A stretch of DNA of 64,000 nucleotides from sequence record MF547663.1; one strand, given 5' to 3'. Source of the stretch: Clostridioides phage LIBA2945. Shown here piece after piece: positions 40,614-49,805 of this stretch (the stretch's first letter is position 1; each line of letters opens with the position of its first letter). Position numbers and translations under genes: made by a program. The notes under the pieces are model-generated. The model saw only the letters and a list, made by a program, of their open reading frames with translations. It was not told the DNA's origin and did no database searches.

Positions 40614-41027
40614 CTATTCAATACTAAGATTATATTTTTTGATTACATCTTTATTTTCATAAAAATTACCTATGATTTCTAATTTCCTATCTTTTGAAAA
40701 TATTTCACTTAAATTAAAAGTATATTTTCCACCTATACTTTCAAATGTAACTGTTGTTCCTTTTATTAAAGATAAATCCACTAAGCTTATTTTCCAAACA
40801 CCATCAAATATGAATTTAATAATATCATATTGAAATATCTTTTTTCCAAAATAATCTTTTAGTCCTATATATTGCATTACTTTTAAATCTTCCATTCTTG
40901 GTATGCAAATATGGTTATGGTATTGTTCAGAATATCCACTTTTTATAAACATATCTTCTGTTAGTAATCTTAATTCTTCTCCATGTATCATTCTAAATCC
41001 ATTCCAAATTCTGAAATCTAACTCCAC
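40614..41027 (-). CDS. YopX-family protein
   Basis: N-terminal FRIWNG..M and C-terminal LEIIGNFYENKDVIKKYN follow the YopX pattern. Confidence 0.5.
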   Translation of the reverse strand: MELDFRIWNGFRMIHGEELRLLTEDMFIKSGYSEQYHNHICIPRMEDLKVMQYIGLKDYFGKKIFQYDIIKFIFDGVWKISLVDLSLIKGTTVTFESIGGKYTFNLSEIFSKDRKLEIIGNFYENKDVIKKYNLSIE

Positions 41028-41045
41028 TTAACCAGCTCCTTTGTT

Positions 41046-41279
41046 TTATTCTTCTGTCGTATCTAACAATCTTGTAACTTTTTTTACAGACCAATCACAT
41101 GGAAGTAAACCCTTGTCTATTAATTCATATAGCATACAATTATGTTCATCAAGATTTTTCATATATCCAAGAGGACAATTTTTGCAATGTTTAGATTTTA
41201 TACAAATATATTTAATAATATTTAAAGCACTTAAAGTGTTCTCTATATCTTTTTCTGTTAATTCAGTTTGATTTTCCAT
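41046..41279 (-). CDS. hypothetical Cys-containing protein
   Basis: co-oriented ORF; SKHCKNCPLG..CMLY. Confidence 0.25.
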   Translation of the reverse strand: MENQTELTEKDIENTLSALNIIKYICIKSKHCKNCPLGYMKNLDEHNCMLYELIDKGLLPCDWSVKKVTRLLDTTEE

Positions 41280-41575
41280 ATGTACCTCCCTATAATTTTT
41301 CTAACATCTTACAATTTTTCTTATTACATTTACCTCCACAACCACATTTTTCAATATTTCTAAACCAGCCTTTGTGTATTTTTCTTTCAGCACAAAGCTT
41401 TTTTATTAAGTTAAACTGATATTCTTCCACTTTTCACTCTCCACACATTATGTTTTGCATTTTATTTATTTGTTAGTTTTATTGAAAATATAAATTTACA
41501 ATATATTCTATCAGCTATTCTAAGATTTAATAGTGACTTAGAATAGCTTAGTTTCTCTATAATAAATAATTTTAA

Positions 41576-41914
41576 TCATTGCATTCTTCTAACTAAATAA
41601 TCCATAGTTCTTCTAAATCCATTCTCTGCCTTTAATATATAGACTTCTTTAAAATCGTTTTCTATATTTTCATATCCATTTAATTTATTTATGTACTTAA
41701 TTATTATATCAAATGAAACTATTTCAAAAAACAATATATTTTCTATGACATATTGAATTTTTTCTAAATCCTTTTCTTCTATGTACTTTATAAGTTTTTT
41801 AATTTTAATTGGCAAATCAGCATCATCTTTTGTTATTTTAATCATTTCAACACGCTGCTCATTCTTCTCCAATGAATTTCCCTGAAATTTATTTGTCGCT
41901 TTTATTATACTCAT
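41576..41914 (-). CDS. hypothetical protein
   Basis: co-oriented ORF. Confidence 0.3.
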   Translation of the reverse strand: MSIIKATNKFQGNSLEKNEQRVEMIKITKDDADLPIKIKKLIKYIEEKDLEKIQYVIENILFFEIVSFDIIIKYINKLNGYENIENDFKEVYILKAENGFRRTMDYLVRRMQ

Positions 41915-42074
41915 CTGCTTCTCCTCTCTAACCCATTATATTTATATTATATCATATCGAACAACCGTTCTGTATATTTTTTCTAAAATTATTTTTATTT
42001 TTTTGGTTTTTGATTTTATAGATTTGTTGAATCTTTTTATAAATGCACTAACATGCACATTTATAAAAAGATTT

Positions 42075-42968
42075 TTATTCTCGATTAGTCTTTAAATTAT
42101 GATACCTCTGATGATATGCTTTATAGATATTATTTGCATCACCTTTCAAGCATTTTAACTCTAAATATTTTTTTATTTCAGGAATAGACCAAGATACACA
42201 CTCATAAGCTTCTTGTTCATACATATCGTATATTATCCCTGATTTTTGTAAAGTCTTACCAGTCAGATGTATGTCTAAATCTGAAAATGCTACTGATAAA
42301 GTTTTTAACCTATTTTGTATTCCATTCTTACTAATAGCCTTCATACCATTATCAGTTAATTTGGTAGGTCTAGTTTTTATTATATATTCACAATCCATGT
42401 TAAATTTATATTCTGTTTCTTTACTACTTCCCTTTATTTCGCTTTTAGTATAATAATCTTCTACAATAACATCTTCTAATATTTCCTTCATATAATCATC
42501 ACAAATAAATCTTCTGTCTGGAAGGTCTATATATGAATAATCTTTTGCTATATCTGACACTTTCAAATATCTTAATTCTATATAATCTTTTCCCATGATA
42601 CCTTCAAAGAGAGCATATACTATAAATTTATCTTGAGCATTTAAAAATGCACTACATATATTTTTTATTTGGTTTCTTGTAAAATATTTATTGGCATTAA
42701 ATTTTATCATATCTGTGTATTTGTTAGTATCTATACTAATATTACAATTATTTTCTTTTAATATCTCTCTTAAAATTCTTAAATTAGTATATACAGTTGT
42801 AGTAGATTCTCCTATTAATCTTCCTTTTATAAAACTATCTATATTTTGTTCATTTAAATTACTTATTTTATCTATTTTAGCTTTAGTTATAAACTCTTCT
42901 AAGTATCCATTTATTCTGTTACGTCTTACTTCTTCCTCTCTTATTGTACTTTCTAATTTATTAACCAT
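42075..42968 (-). CDS. hypothetical protein
   Basis: co-oriented ORF directly downstream of the recombinase gene; no catalytic motif seen. Confidence 0.3.
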   Translation of the reverse strand: MVNKLESTIREEEVRRNRINGYLEEFITKAKIDKISNLNEQNIDSFIKGRLIGESTTTVYTNLRILREILKENNCNISIDTNKYTDMIKFNANKYFTRNQIKNICSAFLNAQDKFIVYALFEGIMGKDYIELRYLKVSDIAKDYSYIDLPDRRFICDDYMKEILEDVIVEDYYTKSEIKGSSKETEYKFNMDCEYIIKTRPTKLTDNGMKAISKNGIQNRLKTLSVAFSDLDIHLTGKTLQKSGIIYDMYEQEAYECVSWSIPEIKKYLELKCLKGDANNIYKAYHQRYHNLKTNRE

Positions 42969-43079
42969 TTTTTAATTCACTCCCTTTTTAAGCATATATA
43001 ATAAATTATAGTACAACATAATCTATAAGTACATATTATTATGTTTTATTTAGCTTAATTGTTCTATAATTTTTTAATA

Positions 43080-44048
43080 TTAATTAACATCTCCCACTTT
43101 TAATAATTTATATATTGGATTATTTTCAGTCATTTTTTTTGTATTACTCTCTTTGTCTTGATGCATATAATATTTATACATTGTCTGTATACTTTTATTA
43201 CCTGTAAACTTTCCTATTTCTTCCAATTTTGTTCCTGTTTCAGACATTAATGAAACAAAACTATGTTTAAAACTATGCGGTGTTACATGAGGCAATCCAG
43301 CTAACTTCAATGCTTTTTTTACAAGTCTTTCTATTGACCTTGTTGTTAATCTTTCATTATTTTTAGATAAGAACAAAGCATTTGTGCTATCTTTATTATC
43401 TTTTTTACCTTCGATTTGGTTTCTAAAGTATAAAAAATCTCTATACATTTTTAATACTTGTTCATTTAAACCTACATTTCTTTTTAATTTTCTTTTCCCT
43501 ATCACTTCAAAATCTCCATTCGAGAAATTTATGTCTTTTATATTCATTTTTTCTATTTCATGTATTCTCATACCAGTAAAAATAAGTATGTTTATAATCA
43601 AATTATCTCTGCAAGTATTATAGTTTTTATTATCAACATATAATTTATTCATAGTTTCTAATAATTTAATAATTTCATCTTTAGTTAATATCTTTTTCTC
43701 AAATTGAACTTTATCTTGTAATTTTTTAACGTAGCTAACGGGATTATCTTTAATTTTACCTTTAGCTCTAAGAAAGCCACAATAAGCTTTAAATGATGCT
43801 CTTTTTCTGTTTATTGTAGCTGCTTTCATTCCTTTTTCTTTTAATAAGATAAGCCATTTTTCTTGTATATCTGTAAAAAGTATTTTATCAAGTTCTTCCA
43901 TTGTACAATTTTCTTTTTTAAATAAATACCTTATGCCTTCTTTTACATCAGCTCTATATGCTTTTATTGTTTTCTCATCTCTATCATTATATAACTTTAA
44001 ATTTAATAAAAATTCTTCTAGAGCTTCTATTCCAGTCATATGTATCAC
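43080..44048 (-). CDS. int: tyrosine site-specific recombinase (integrase or dimer resolvase)
   Basis: HVTPHSFKHSFVS (HxxRH-like box II) and MYKYYMHQ catalytic-Tyr region; N-terminal SAM-like domain; TTGACA promoter with motif copies at 44079..44140. Confidence 0.75.
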   Translation of the reverse strand: MIHMTGIEALEEFLLNLKLYNDRDEKTIKAYRADVKEGIRYLFKKENCTMEELDKILFTDIQEKWLILLKEKGMKAATINRKRASFKAYCGFLRAKGKIKDNPVSYVKKLQDKVQFEKKILTKDEIIKLLETMNKLYVDNKNYNTCRDNLIINILIFTGMRIHEIEKMNIKDINFSNGDFEVIGKRKLKRNVGLNEQVLKMYRDFLYFRNQIEGKKDNKDSTNALFLSKNNERLTTRSIERLVKKALKLAGLPHVTPHSFKHSFVSLMSETGTKLEEIGKFTGNKSIQTMYKYYMHQDKESNTKKMTENNPIYKLLKVGDVN

Positions 44049-44205
44049 ATCCTTTTTATTTTATATTTATATCATATACCTATTTTATTTAGTTGTCAAT
44101 ATTTTTAAGTAATTTTATATTTTATTTAGTTTAATTAATCTTATCAAAATATAAAAATTTTTTTGATAAGATATTAAATTAAAAACTACGATTTTATTGT
44201 CATTT

Positions 44206-44778
44206 TTATTGACCATACTTCTTTATGTATTCTAATAATGCCATGCTCATCAAATCAGATTTATTAAACTCTCTAAATTTTTCACAAAACTCATCAAATA
44301 AGTTCCATGCATCTTTATTCAACCTAACTGTAGTCCTTATAGCATCTTTTGAAGGTAAATCAATTTTAATACCATCCTGTACAATTTCTATTACATTTGT
44401 ATCTTCTTTATTCTCAAACCAGTTTAATACATCTTGTATTTTATCATAGTCTTTTGCTAAAGAGATTATATTATTTTTAAATTGGTTGTCAATTACTATG
44501 TTGTGATTGTTGTCATCTTCTATTGTCATATTAAATCTATTATCATTATTACTCTGTTGTCTGTTGTTTACTACCTTTGTCATACTATTGTCACCAATAA
44601 ACACATACTCATCATTTATACGTTTATAACCTCTTTTAGTGAGATATTTTCTTATACTACTTTCAGATACACCAAGCTCTATAGCAACTTTAGTCAAACT
44701 CTTACTATCATTTAACTTACTATTAATATATTCAACTATATATGTTATATCATTATTTTTTAAATCATTCCAAGTCAT
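44206..44778 (-). CDS. DNA-binding protein (N-terminal HTH, C-terminal RHH-like)
   Basis: LTKVAIELGVSESSIRKYL helix-turn-helix; C-terminal RTTVRLNKDAWNLFDEFC...ALLEYIKKYG resembles a ribbon-helix-helix. Confidence 0.45.
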   Translation of the reverse strand: MTWNDLKNNDITYIVEYINSKLNDSKSLTKVAIELGVSESSIRKYLTKRGYKRINDEYVFIGDNSMTKVVNNRQQSNNDNRFNMTIEDDNNHNIVIDNQFKNNIISLAKDYDKIQDVLNWFENKEDTNVIEIVQDGIKIDLPSKDAIRTTVRLNKDAWNLFDEFCEKFREFNKSDLMSMALLEYIKKYGQ

Positions 44779-44894
44779 ATACTCACCTCTAATTTAAGTA
44801 TACTACACGAGATTATGATTGTCATACTATGTTAATCTTTTAATTCTACGTTTAATCTACATATCTTTCTAAACTATATCATTTTTTTACAATA

Positions 44895-45075
44895 TTACGT
44901 CTATTAATAATTGACACACTCCCCATAGTTAAAGCAAGGGGATTCTTGGTGGCTAACGCACTTATTTATACTTAAACAGTACAACAGAGGTGTGTTACAA
45001 AGCCAAGCTACTTCGGACGGTGTCTTCGCCACTACTACCTTAAAGTTATTCGCCCACACATGGCTCAAACGGTAG
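44895..45075 (-). ncRNA. putative TnpB omega-RNA (right-end-derived guide RNA scaffold)
   Basis: GC-richer, structured-looking segment overlapping or just 3' of the tnpB stop, where omega RNAs lie in IS200/IS605 elements. Confidence 0.45.
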
Positions 45076-46228
45076 ATACTTTTAAATTTATTGGTTGCTT
45101 ATGATTTATTCTAAAATCTACTAAACCATATTTATGCTTTTTATTTAAAATATTCCAAGCACCAACTATATCTCTATGAGTTTTATAACCACAAGTACAA
45201 CTATAAGTTCTACCAGTTGGTTTGTGTTTTTTAGAACACTTTGGGCAAGTTTGAGAAGTGTAGTTTTCTTTAACTAACTTAACTTCAATACCTTGCTCTT
45301 TTGCTTTATATTTTATATAGTCCTTTATTCGACCATACTCCATTTGAGATATTTTCTGTCTATTAACTCTGTTTAATCTTTTCTTTTTCTTAGTATCTTT
45401 TTCAACCCCTTTTATATCCCCAAGAACTATTTCACATACCTTCTGCTCCACACAAAAGTCTATAAACTTTCTAGTTGTTTGATGATATAAATTCATTAAC
45501 TGATTATCTGTTTTACTTCTTATCTTATTTTTTAATCTCCATAACTTCTTTGATTGTCTACTACCTTTTTTACATTTACTTAATCTTTTAGATATATAAG
45601 CATACATCTTATTTCTAAATTGTTTAATACTTCTGCCTTCTCTATTAGATAGAATAAGCCCTACACCTTCATTTGTTACACTAGCTATCGAATGTATTTC
45701 CCCTAAGTCTACACCTACGGTATTGGTGCCTTTGGCTACAACTCCATTTAATTCATTGTCAAAAGTGTAGTATAAATAATATCCGTTTCGCCATACTATT
45801 TCAGCAGTTTTTATATTCTCAACATTAAAATCTAATTCTAAATACCTGCCTTTTGACATTGATAATTTTAAGTTGCCTTTAGCATTTCTATTAATAGCAC
45901 TAGCTTTAAAAGGTATTATATAAAATTTCTTAGTCTTGTATGGATATTTTGCTTTAGTATTACCTTTTTTTCTTAATTCTGATATAGTCTTTCTATTTGC
46001 ATCAAATTTATCTGATATAGCTTGAATAGTTTGACTATGAAGATTGTACTTACCTTTGATTGACTTTTGTATATCATTCTTTTTAATCCATTGTTTATGT
46101 TCAAAATAGTATTCTTTAGATAAGTTAACTATATGATTCCAACAATTAGCACTCTCCATTTGTTTTTCCCTTATTAATTCAAATTGTGTTCTAGTTAGGT
46201 TTAATTTTACTCTATGAGTTTTTATCAT
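45065..46228 (-). CDS. tnpB: IS605 TnpB (OrfB) RNA-guided nuclease-like protein
   Basis: 387 aa; C-terminal CPKCSKKHKPTGRTYSCTCGYKTHRD zinc finger after a RuvC-like region. Confidence 0.8.
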   Translation of the reverse strand: MIKTHRVKLNLTRTQFELIREKQMESANCWNHIVNLSKEYYFEHKQWIKKNDIQKSIKGKYNLHSQTIQAISDKFDANRKTISELRKKGNTKAKYPYKTKKFYIIPFKASAINRNAKGNLKLSMSKGRYLELDFNVENIKTAEIVWRNGYYLYYTFDNELNGVVAKGTNTVGVDLGEIHSIASVTNEGVGLILSNREGRSIKQFRNKMYAYISKRLSKCKKGSRQSKKLWRLKNKIRSKTDNQLMNLYHQTTRKFIDFCVEQKVCEIVLGDIKGVEKDTKKKKRLNRVNRQKISQMEYGRIKDYIKYKAKEQGIEVKLVKENYTSQTCPKCSKKHKPTGRTYSCTCGYKTHRDIVGAWNILNKKHKYGLVDFRINHKQPINLKVSTV

Positions 46229-46638
46229 TTTTTCTTACTCCTAATTGGTTGATTGTCTATGTATTGTTTAACTACTTCTAAACTTACAGAGCCAACAGTT
46301 CCTACGAAATAACTATTAGTCCACATGCTAGGCATACTAGACTTTAAATGTGGAAAGTTCTCTCTTAATACTCTCGAACTAAAGCCTTTTAAACCTTTTA
46401 CTACTTTATGAATTCCATATTGAGGGTCACAAGATATTAATAAGTGCACATGTTCTTTATCAGTTTCCATTTCTATTATTTCTGCTCCAAGTTCATCTGC
46501 TTTATATGGTAGTATTTCTTTTAACATCTTTTCAACTTCGCCAACTAAAACAGGTTTACGATACTTAGGGCAAAATACAATATGATATTTGCAATCATAA
46601 ACTATATTTTCGTTAGATTTATACATAAAAACTAACAC
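46225..46638 (-). CDS. tnpA: IS200/IS605 TnpA Y1 (HuH) transposase
   Basis: 137 aa; HVHLLISCDP (HuH) and WTNSYFVGTVG (catalytic-Tyr region). Confidence 0.8.
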   Translation of the reverse strand: MLVFMYKSNENIVYDCKYHIVFCPKYRKPVLVGEVEKMLKEILPYKADELGAEIIEMETDKEHVHLLISCDPQYGIHKVVKGLKGFSSRVLRENFPHLKSSMPSMWTNSYFVGTVGSVSLEVVKQYIDNQPIRSKKK

Positions 46639-47002
46639 CTCCTAAATATAGGGTATCAGTAGTGGTATTAGATTACAAGCATTATTCTAACTTTTTTTAT
46701 ATTAAGACCTTACCTTTCATCCCTACACCTAAAGGAGAGGGCTTTTTGGCAATTTTATTGTAATTTAGTATATTGACTTTATATACTTACTACAAAATTA
46801 ACCCTAAAGTGCTGTTATACTTTAACTTATTACTAGATTTTAGTACCATACATCTTTCTAATTTATTTATTAACTTTAAGTAACACAATCTATTAAATAT
46901 AAAATCCGAATTATTGAAATCAGTTTTATACTTAAACAAAAATATTTATATTTGAAGTATTAGCATTTTTAAAATATAATTTAATTATAATCTAAAAAGG
47001 GG

Positions 47003-47311
47003 TTGAAAAAAATGGATGTTGAACAATCTAAAAAAGTTTATCTAAGCATTGGAAAAGAATTATCTAAAAAAATGACTAAATCAGAGTTAACTAAATTTTC
47101 GCAAGAAGTAGCAAACTATTTGCAATATGCTGGACTTGATAAGAATATGAAAATTAAACTATTTCAAACAATTTTGGAAATGGTGGCAAGGAAAAAAATA
47201 ACATTATCAAGCGATAGCGAATTTACAGAAGGAATATTACAAAGTGATGAAGCAGAAATGACGACGAATATAGGATTTATAATCGAAGGATTAAGTTATC
47301 ATAATGACTAA
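47003..47311 (+). CDS. hypothetical protein (likely starts at ATG 47012)
   Basis: AAAAAGGGG SD; ORF followed by a hairpin terminator. Confidence 0.35.
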   Translation: MKKMDVEQSKKVYLSIGKELSKKMTKSELTKFSQEVANYLQYAGLDKNMKIKLFQTILEMVARKKITLSSDSEFTEGILQSDEAEMTTNIGFIIEGLSYHND

Positions 47312-47323
47312 TTTTAGCATTAA

Positions 47324-47362
47324 AAAAACAGTGTATTTATCTGAATGCACTGTTTTTATTTC
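47324..47362 (+). terminator. rho-independent (bidirectional-looking) terminator
   Basis: AAAAACAGTG-tatttatctgaatg-CACTGTTTTT followed by ATTT. Confidence 0.55.
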
Positions 47363-47578
47363 CTCATAGTTAATATAAAATAATGTGATATTATATCATA
47401 TAGATATAGATTAAATTGATATTTAAATCCCTTATAGTTAATCTAAAAAATTGCCATTATATCATTTCTCTATAAATTAAATTGACATTTAAATCCCTTG
47501 TAGTTAATCTGAAAATTCTTATTATAATATCATTTCTAAATAAATTAAAAAATATTTTAAATCCCTCGTAGTTAATCT
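47361..47578. repeat. ~66-bp tandem direct repeat, about 3.5 copies (core TTAAATTGAyATTTAAATCCCTyGTAGTTAATCT)
   Basis: copies at 47411..47444, 47477..47510 and 47545..47578, with a degenerate copy at 47361..47376; the inter-core segments are also similar to one another. Confidence 0.7.
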
Positions 47579-47616
47579 TAAAGATACTATATACATTAAT
47601 AATAATACTCTTTCAT

Positions 47617-48102
47617 TTAAATTTCAATCATTGATTTTAATTCTTGTTTACAATTTTCTATACTTTCGCTCAATTCTTCCAAAAAATCTGGTAAACTATC
47701 TTCTATATTTCTCTCGACTAATTCGTCAAAATTTTCTTTGTTGAATTTTTCATAACTATTCCAATTCAAAGTTTCGCTTTCAGTGTCACACCAAGTAGCA
47801 AATTCTTCGTAATCATTTAAAAAACAAAGTTCTCCTAAAAGATCTTCAATTTGAACTTCTCCTTGACTAAATTCATAGAAAATAATTTCTCTCATATTAA
47901 AAATATCATCTGAATAGCCTTGCCAACTTGAAATTGTGCTTTTTACAACTCCTTTCAAATTTATAGAAATTCTTATAGTATCAGTTGTTTCTATTAAGTA
48001 GCATTCTTTATAAATTTTCGTAGCTTCTTCCTTTATTTTATCTATATTCATATCTACAACCTTTAAAAATTTTTTAGCTTCTTTTTTATCCATTTTACCC
48101 AT
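47617..48102 (-). CDS. hypothetical acidic protein
   Basis: co-oriented ORF. Confidence 0.3.
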   Translation of the reverse strand: MGKMDKKEAKKFLKVVDMNIDKIKEEATKIYKECYLIETTDTIRISINLKGVVKSTISSWQGYSDDIFNMREIIFYEFSQGEVQIEDLLGELCFLNDYEEFATWCDTESETLNWNSYEKFNKENFDELVERNIEDSLPDFLEELSESIENCKQELKSMIEI

Positions 48103-48237
48103 ATTAATTTCCTCCTATTTTAAAATATTATTCAAGATATATCTGTATTTTTAAGAAAAAAAAACTGTATTATAACAATACAGCTTTATGATTTTTATAT
48201 TCAATTTTATAATTTTTTAAAATAAATTCAATTACAT

Positions 48238-48579
48238 CTAATATTCTATTTCTTTTAACTTGTCATTGTCTTTTAAATATTTCTCTATGCCTTCTTCAAT
48301 CCTTGCTCTAAGGTCTGATAGTTCATCGCAAAATTGGTCGCAATCGCAAGGTTGTTCTAAATTCAAAACTTCGTTGTACTCTTTTGTAAAAATTTCATGG
48401 TCATATGGGATATTAAAAGTATATTCTATGTCACCTTTATGTTTAAAATCTTCACTCATTTTTATGCTTACTTCAAAATTATTTACCATTATTTTAGTAC
48501 TTTCTATGTTGTCTATTTCATATCCTGCATCAGCAATATAGTTCCATTCTTCTTTGAAATACTTTTTCATATAAATCAC
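48238..48579 (-). CDS. hypothetical protein
   Basis: co-oriented ORF. Confidence 0.3.
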   Translation of the reverse strand: MIYMKKYFKEEWNYIADAGYEIDNIESTKIMVNNFEVSIKMSEDFKHKGDIEYTFNIPYDHEIFTKEYNEVLNLEQPCDCDQFCDELSDLRARIEEGIEKYLKDNDKLKEIEY

Positions 48580-48656
48580 TCTTTTTATTTTAAAATCTTT
48601 CTTAATTCTATTAAATTTAATCTTATAATTTCATCTTTTTCAGACATTAATCTCTC

Positions 48657-49013
48657 CTACTTTTTTAATGAATGTTGCAATTTTATTAAGTCTTTAATTT
48701 GATTAATTGCACATTCTTGAAATTCAATTGAAAGTTCCATTAATAAGTCAGTCGCTTCTGAAATATTCCTATTACACTTATTCTCTATGTACATTTCTCC
48801 ATCTCCATTTTTAAGCCATTCTTTATTAACATTGAATGTACTACAAATATCATCTATTAATCTATCGCTAGGTATTACTTTAGATTTATCTGATAGAAAC
48901 TTAGATATATAAGATGGGTCAACTTTTATCTTGTTTGCAAACTCAACTTGTTTTATTTTTTCATTTTCTATTAAGATTTTAATTCTCTTGCCTATATCAC
49001 ACATTAATATCAC
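48657..49013 (-). CDS. XRE-family HTH regulator (paralog 1 of 3)
   Basis: IKQVEFANKIKVDPSYISKFL helix-turn-helix plus the conserved FNVNKEWLKNGDGEMY segment. Confidence 0.55.
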   Translation of the reverse strand: MILMCDIGKRIKILIENEKIKQVEFANKIKVDPSYISKFLSDKSKVIPSDRLIDDICSTFNVNKEWLKNGDGEMYIENKCNRNISEATDLLMELSIEFQECAINQIKDLIKLQHSLKK

Positions 49014-49390
49014 CTCTGTATTGACCTTTTTACAATCTCATTCAAAGACGCTATATATGTAGCATCTAATTTAGAAATGTTAATTATTAGTTCTTTTAAA
49101 TTTTCATCCTTTGAACTAGCTATCTTATAGAACACTTCTCCTAAAATCGAAGAAATATCTTCTTTTACAGAAACATACATATCACCTGTACCATTTATAA
49201 GCCATTCCTTATTAACATTAAATACACTACATAAATGATTAATAAGTAAAGGTTTGGGTTCAACCCTATCATACTCTATATTACTTATAACATCTTTGCT
49301 GACACCTAATTTTCCCCCGAAATCTGGCTGAGATAAATTAGCATTTTTTCTTATCTTTCTAATTCTCTTACTTATAGTTTCATCAGACAA
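49010..49390 (-). CDS. XRE-family HTH regulator (paralog 2 of 3)
   Basis: LSQPDFGGKLGVSKDVISNIE helix-turn-helix; FNVNKEWLINGTGDMY; C-terminal LKELIINISKLDATYIASLNEIVK shared with paralog 3. Confidence 0.55.
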   Translation of the reverse strand: MSDETISKRIRKIRKNANLSQPDFGGKLGVSKDVISNIEYDRVEPKPLLINHLCSVFNVNKEWLINGTGDMYVSVKEDISSILGEVFYKIASSKDENLKELIINISKLDATYIASLNEIVKRSIQR

Positions 49391-49409
49391 TTATAATACC
49401 TCCCACTAT

Positions 49410-49805
49410 TTAAATTAGACCTTTTACAATCTCATTTAAATTATTTATATATGTATCATTTAATTTAGAAATATTTATAATCAATTCATTTAAATTTTCA
49501 TTTTTAGATACAGTTATATTAGCAAAAACTTCTCCTAAAACAATATCACATTCTTGTTCAATAAACTTCCTCCCCTCACCAGTTTCTAACCACACTTGAT
49601 TAACACTAAAAACCTCACACATATGAGTAATAAATACTGTTTTAACTTCTACTCTATTATTTTCTATATTACTTATAACATCTCTACTCACACCAAGCTT
49701 TTCTCCGAATTTTTGTTGTGATAAATTTATATCTTCCCTTATTTCTTTTATTCTTTTATTTATATCTATATCAATCATAATACGCTCCTTAAATTTTAAT
49801 AGCAT
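49410..49805 (-). CDS. XRE-family HTH regulator (paralog 3 of 3)
   Basis: LSQQKFGEKLGVSRDVISNIE helix-turn-helix; FSVNQVWLETGEGRKF; C-terminal LNELIINISKLNDTYINNLNEIVK. Confidence 0.55.
   Translation of the reverse strand: MLLKFKERIMIDIDINKRIKEIREDINLSQQKFGEKLGVSRDVISNIENNRVEVKTVFITHMCEVFSVNQVWLETGEGRKFIEQECDIVLGEVFANITVSKNENLNELIINISKLNDTYINNLNEIVKGLI

Larger units (their letters stand above)
44890..46770 (-). mobile_element. IS200/IS605-family insertion sequence (tnpA plus tnpB)
   Basis: Y1 HuH transposase and TnpB ORFs overlap by 4 nt; GC-richer structured ends outside the ORFs. Confidence 0.65.

Noticed and set aside
42075-42968. A second tyrosine recombinase immediately downstream of the int gene
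   Set aside because: The position and an N-terminal SAM-like feel suggested it, but no R..HxxR..Y catalytic motifs could be found, so it is left as a hypothetical.
47361-47578. CRISPR mini-array interpretation of the 47.4 kb repeats
   Set aside because: The segments between the conserved cores are themselves similar to one another and AT-rich, so they are not unique spacers. The unit is a ~66-bp tandem repeat, not a repeat-spacer array, and no cas genes are present.
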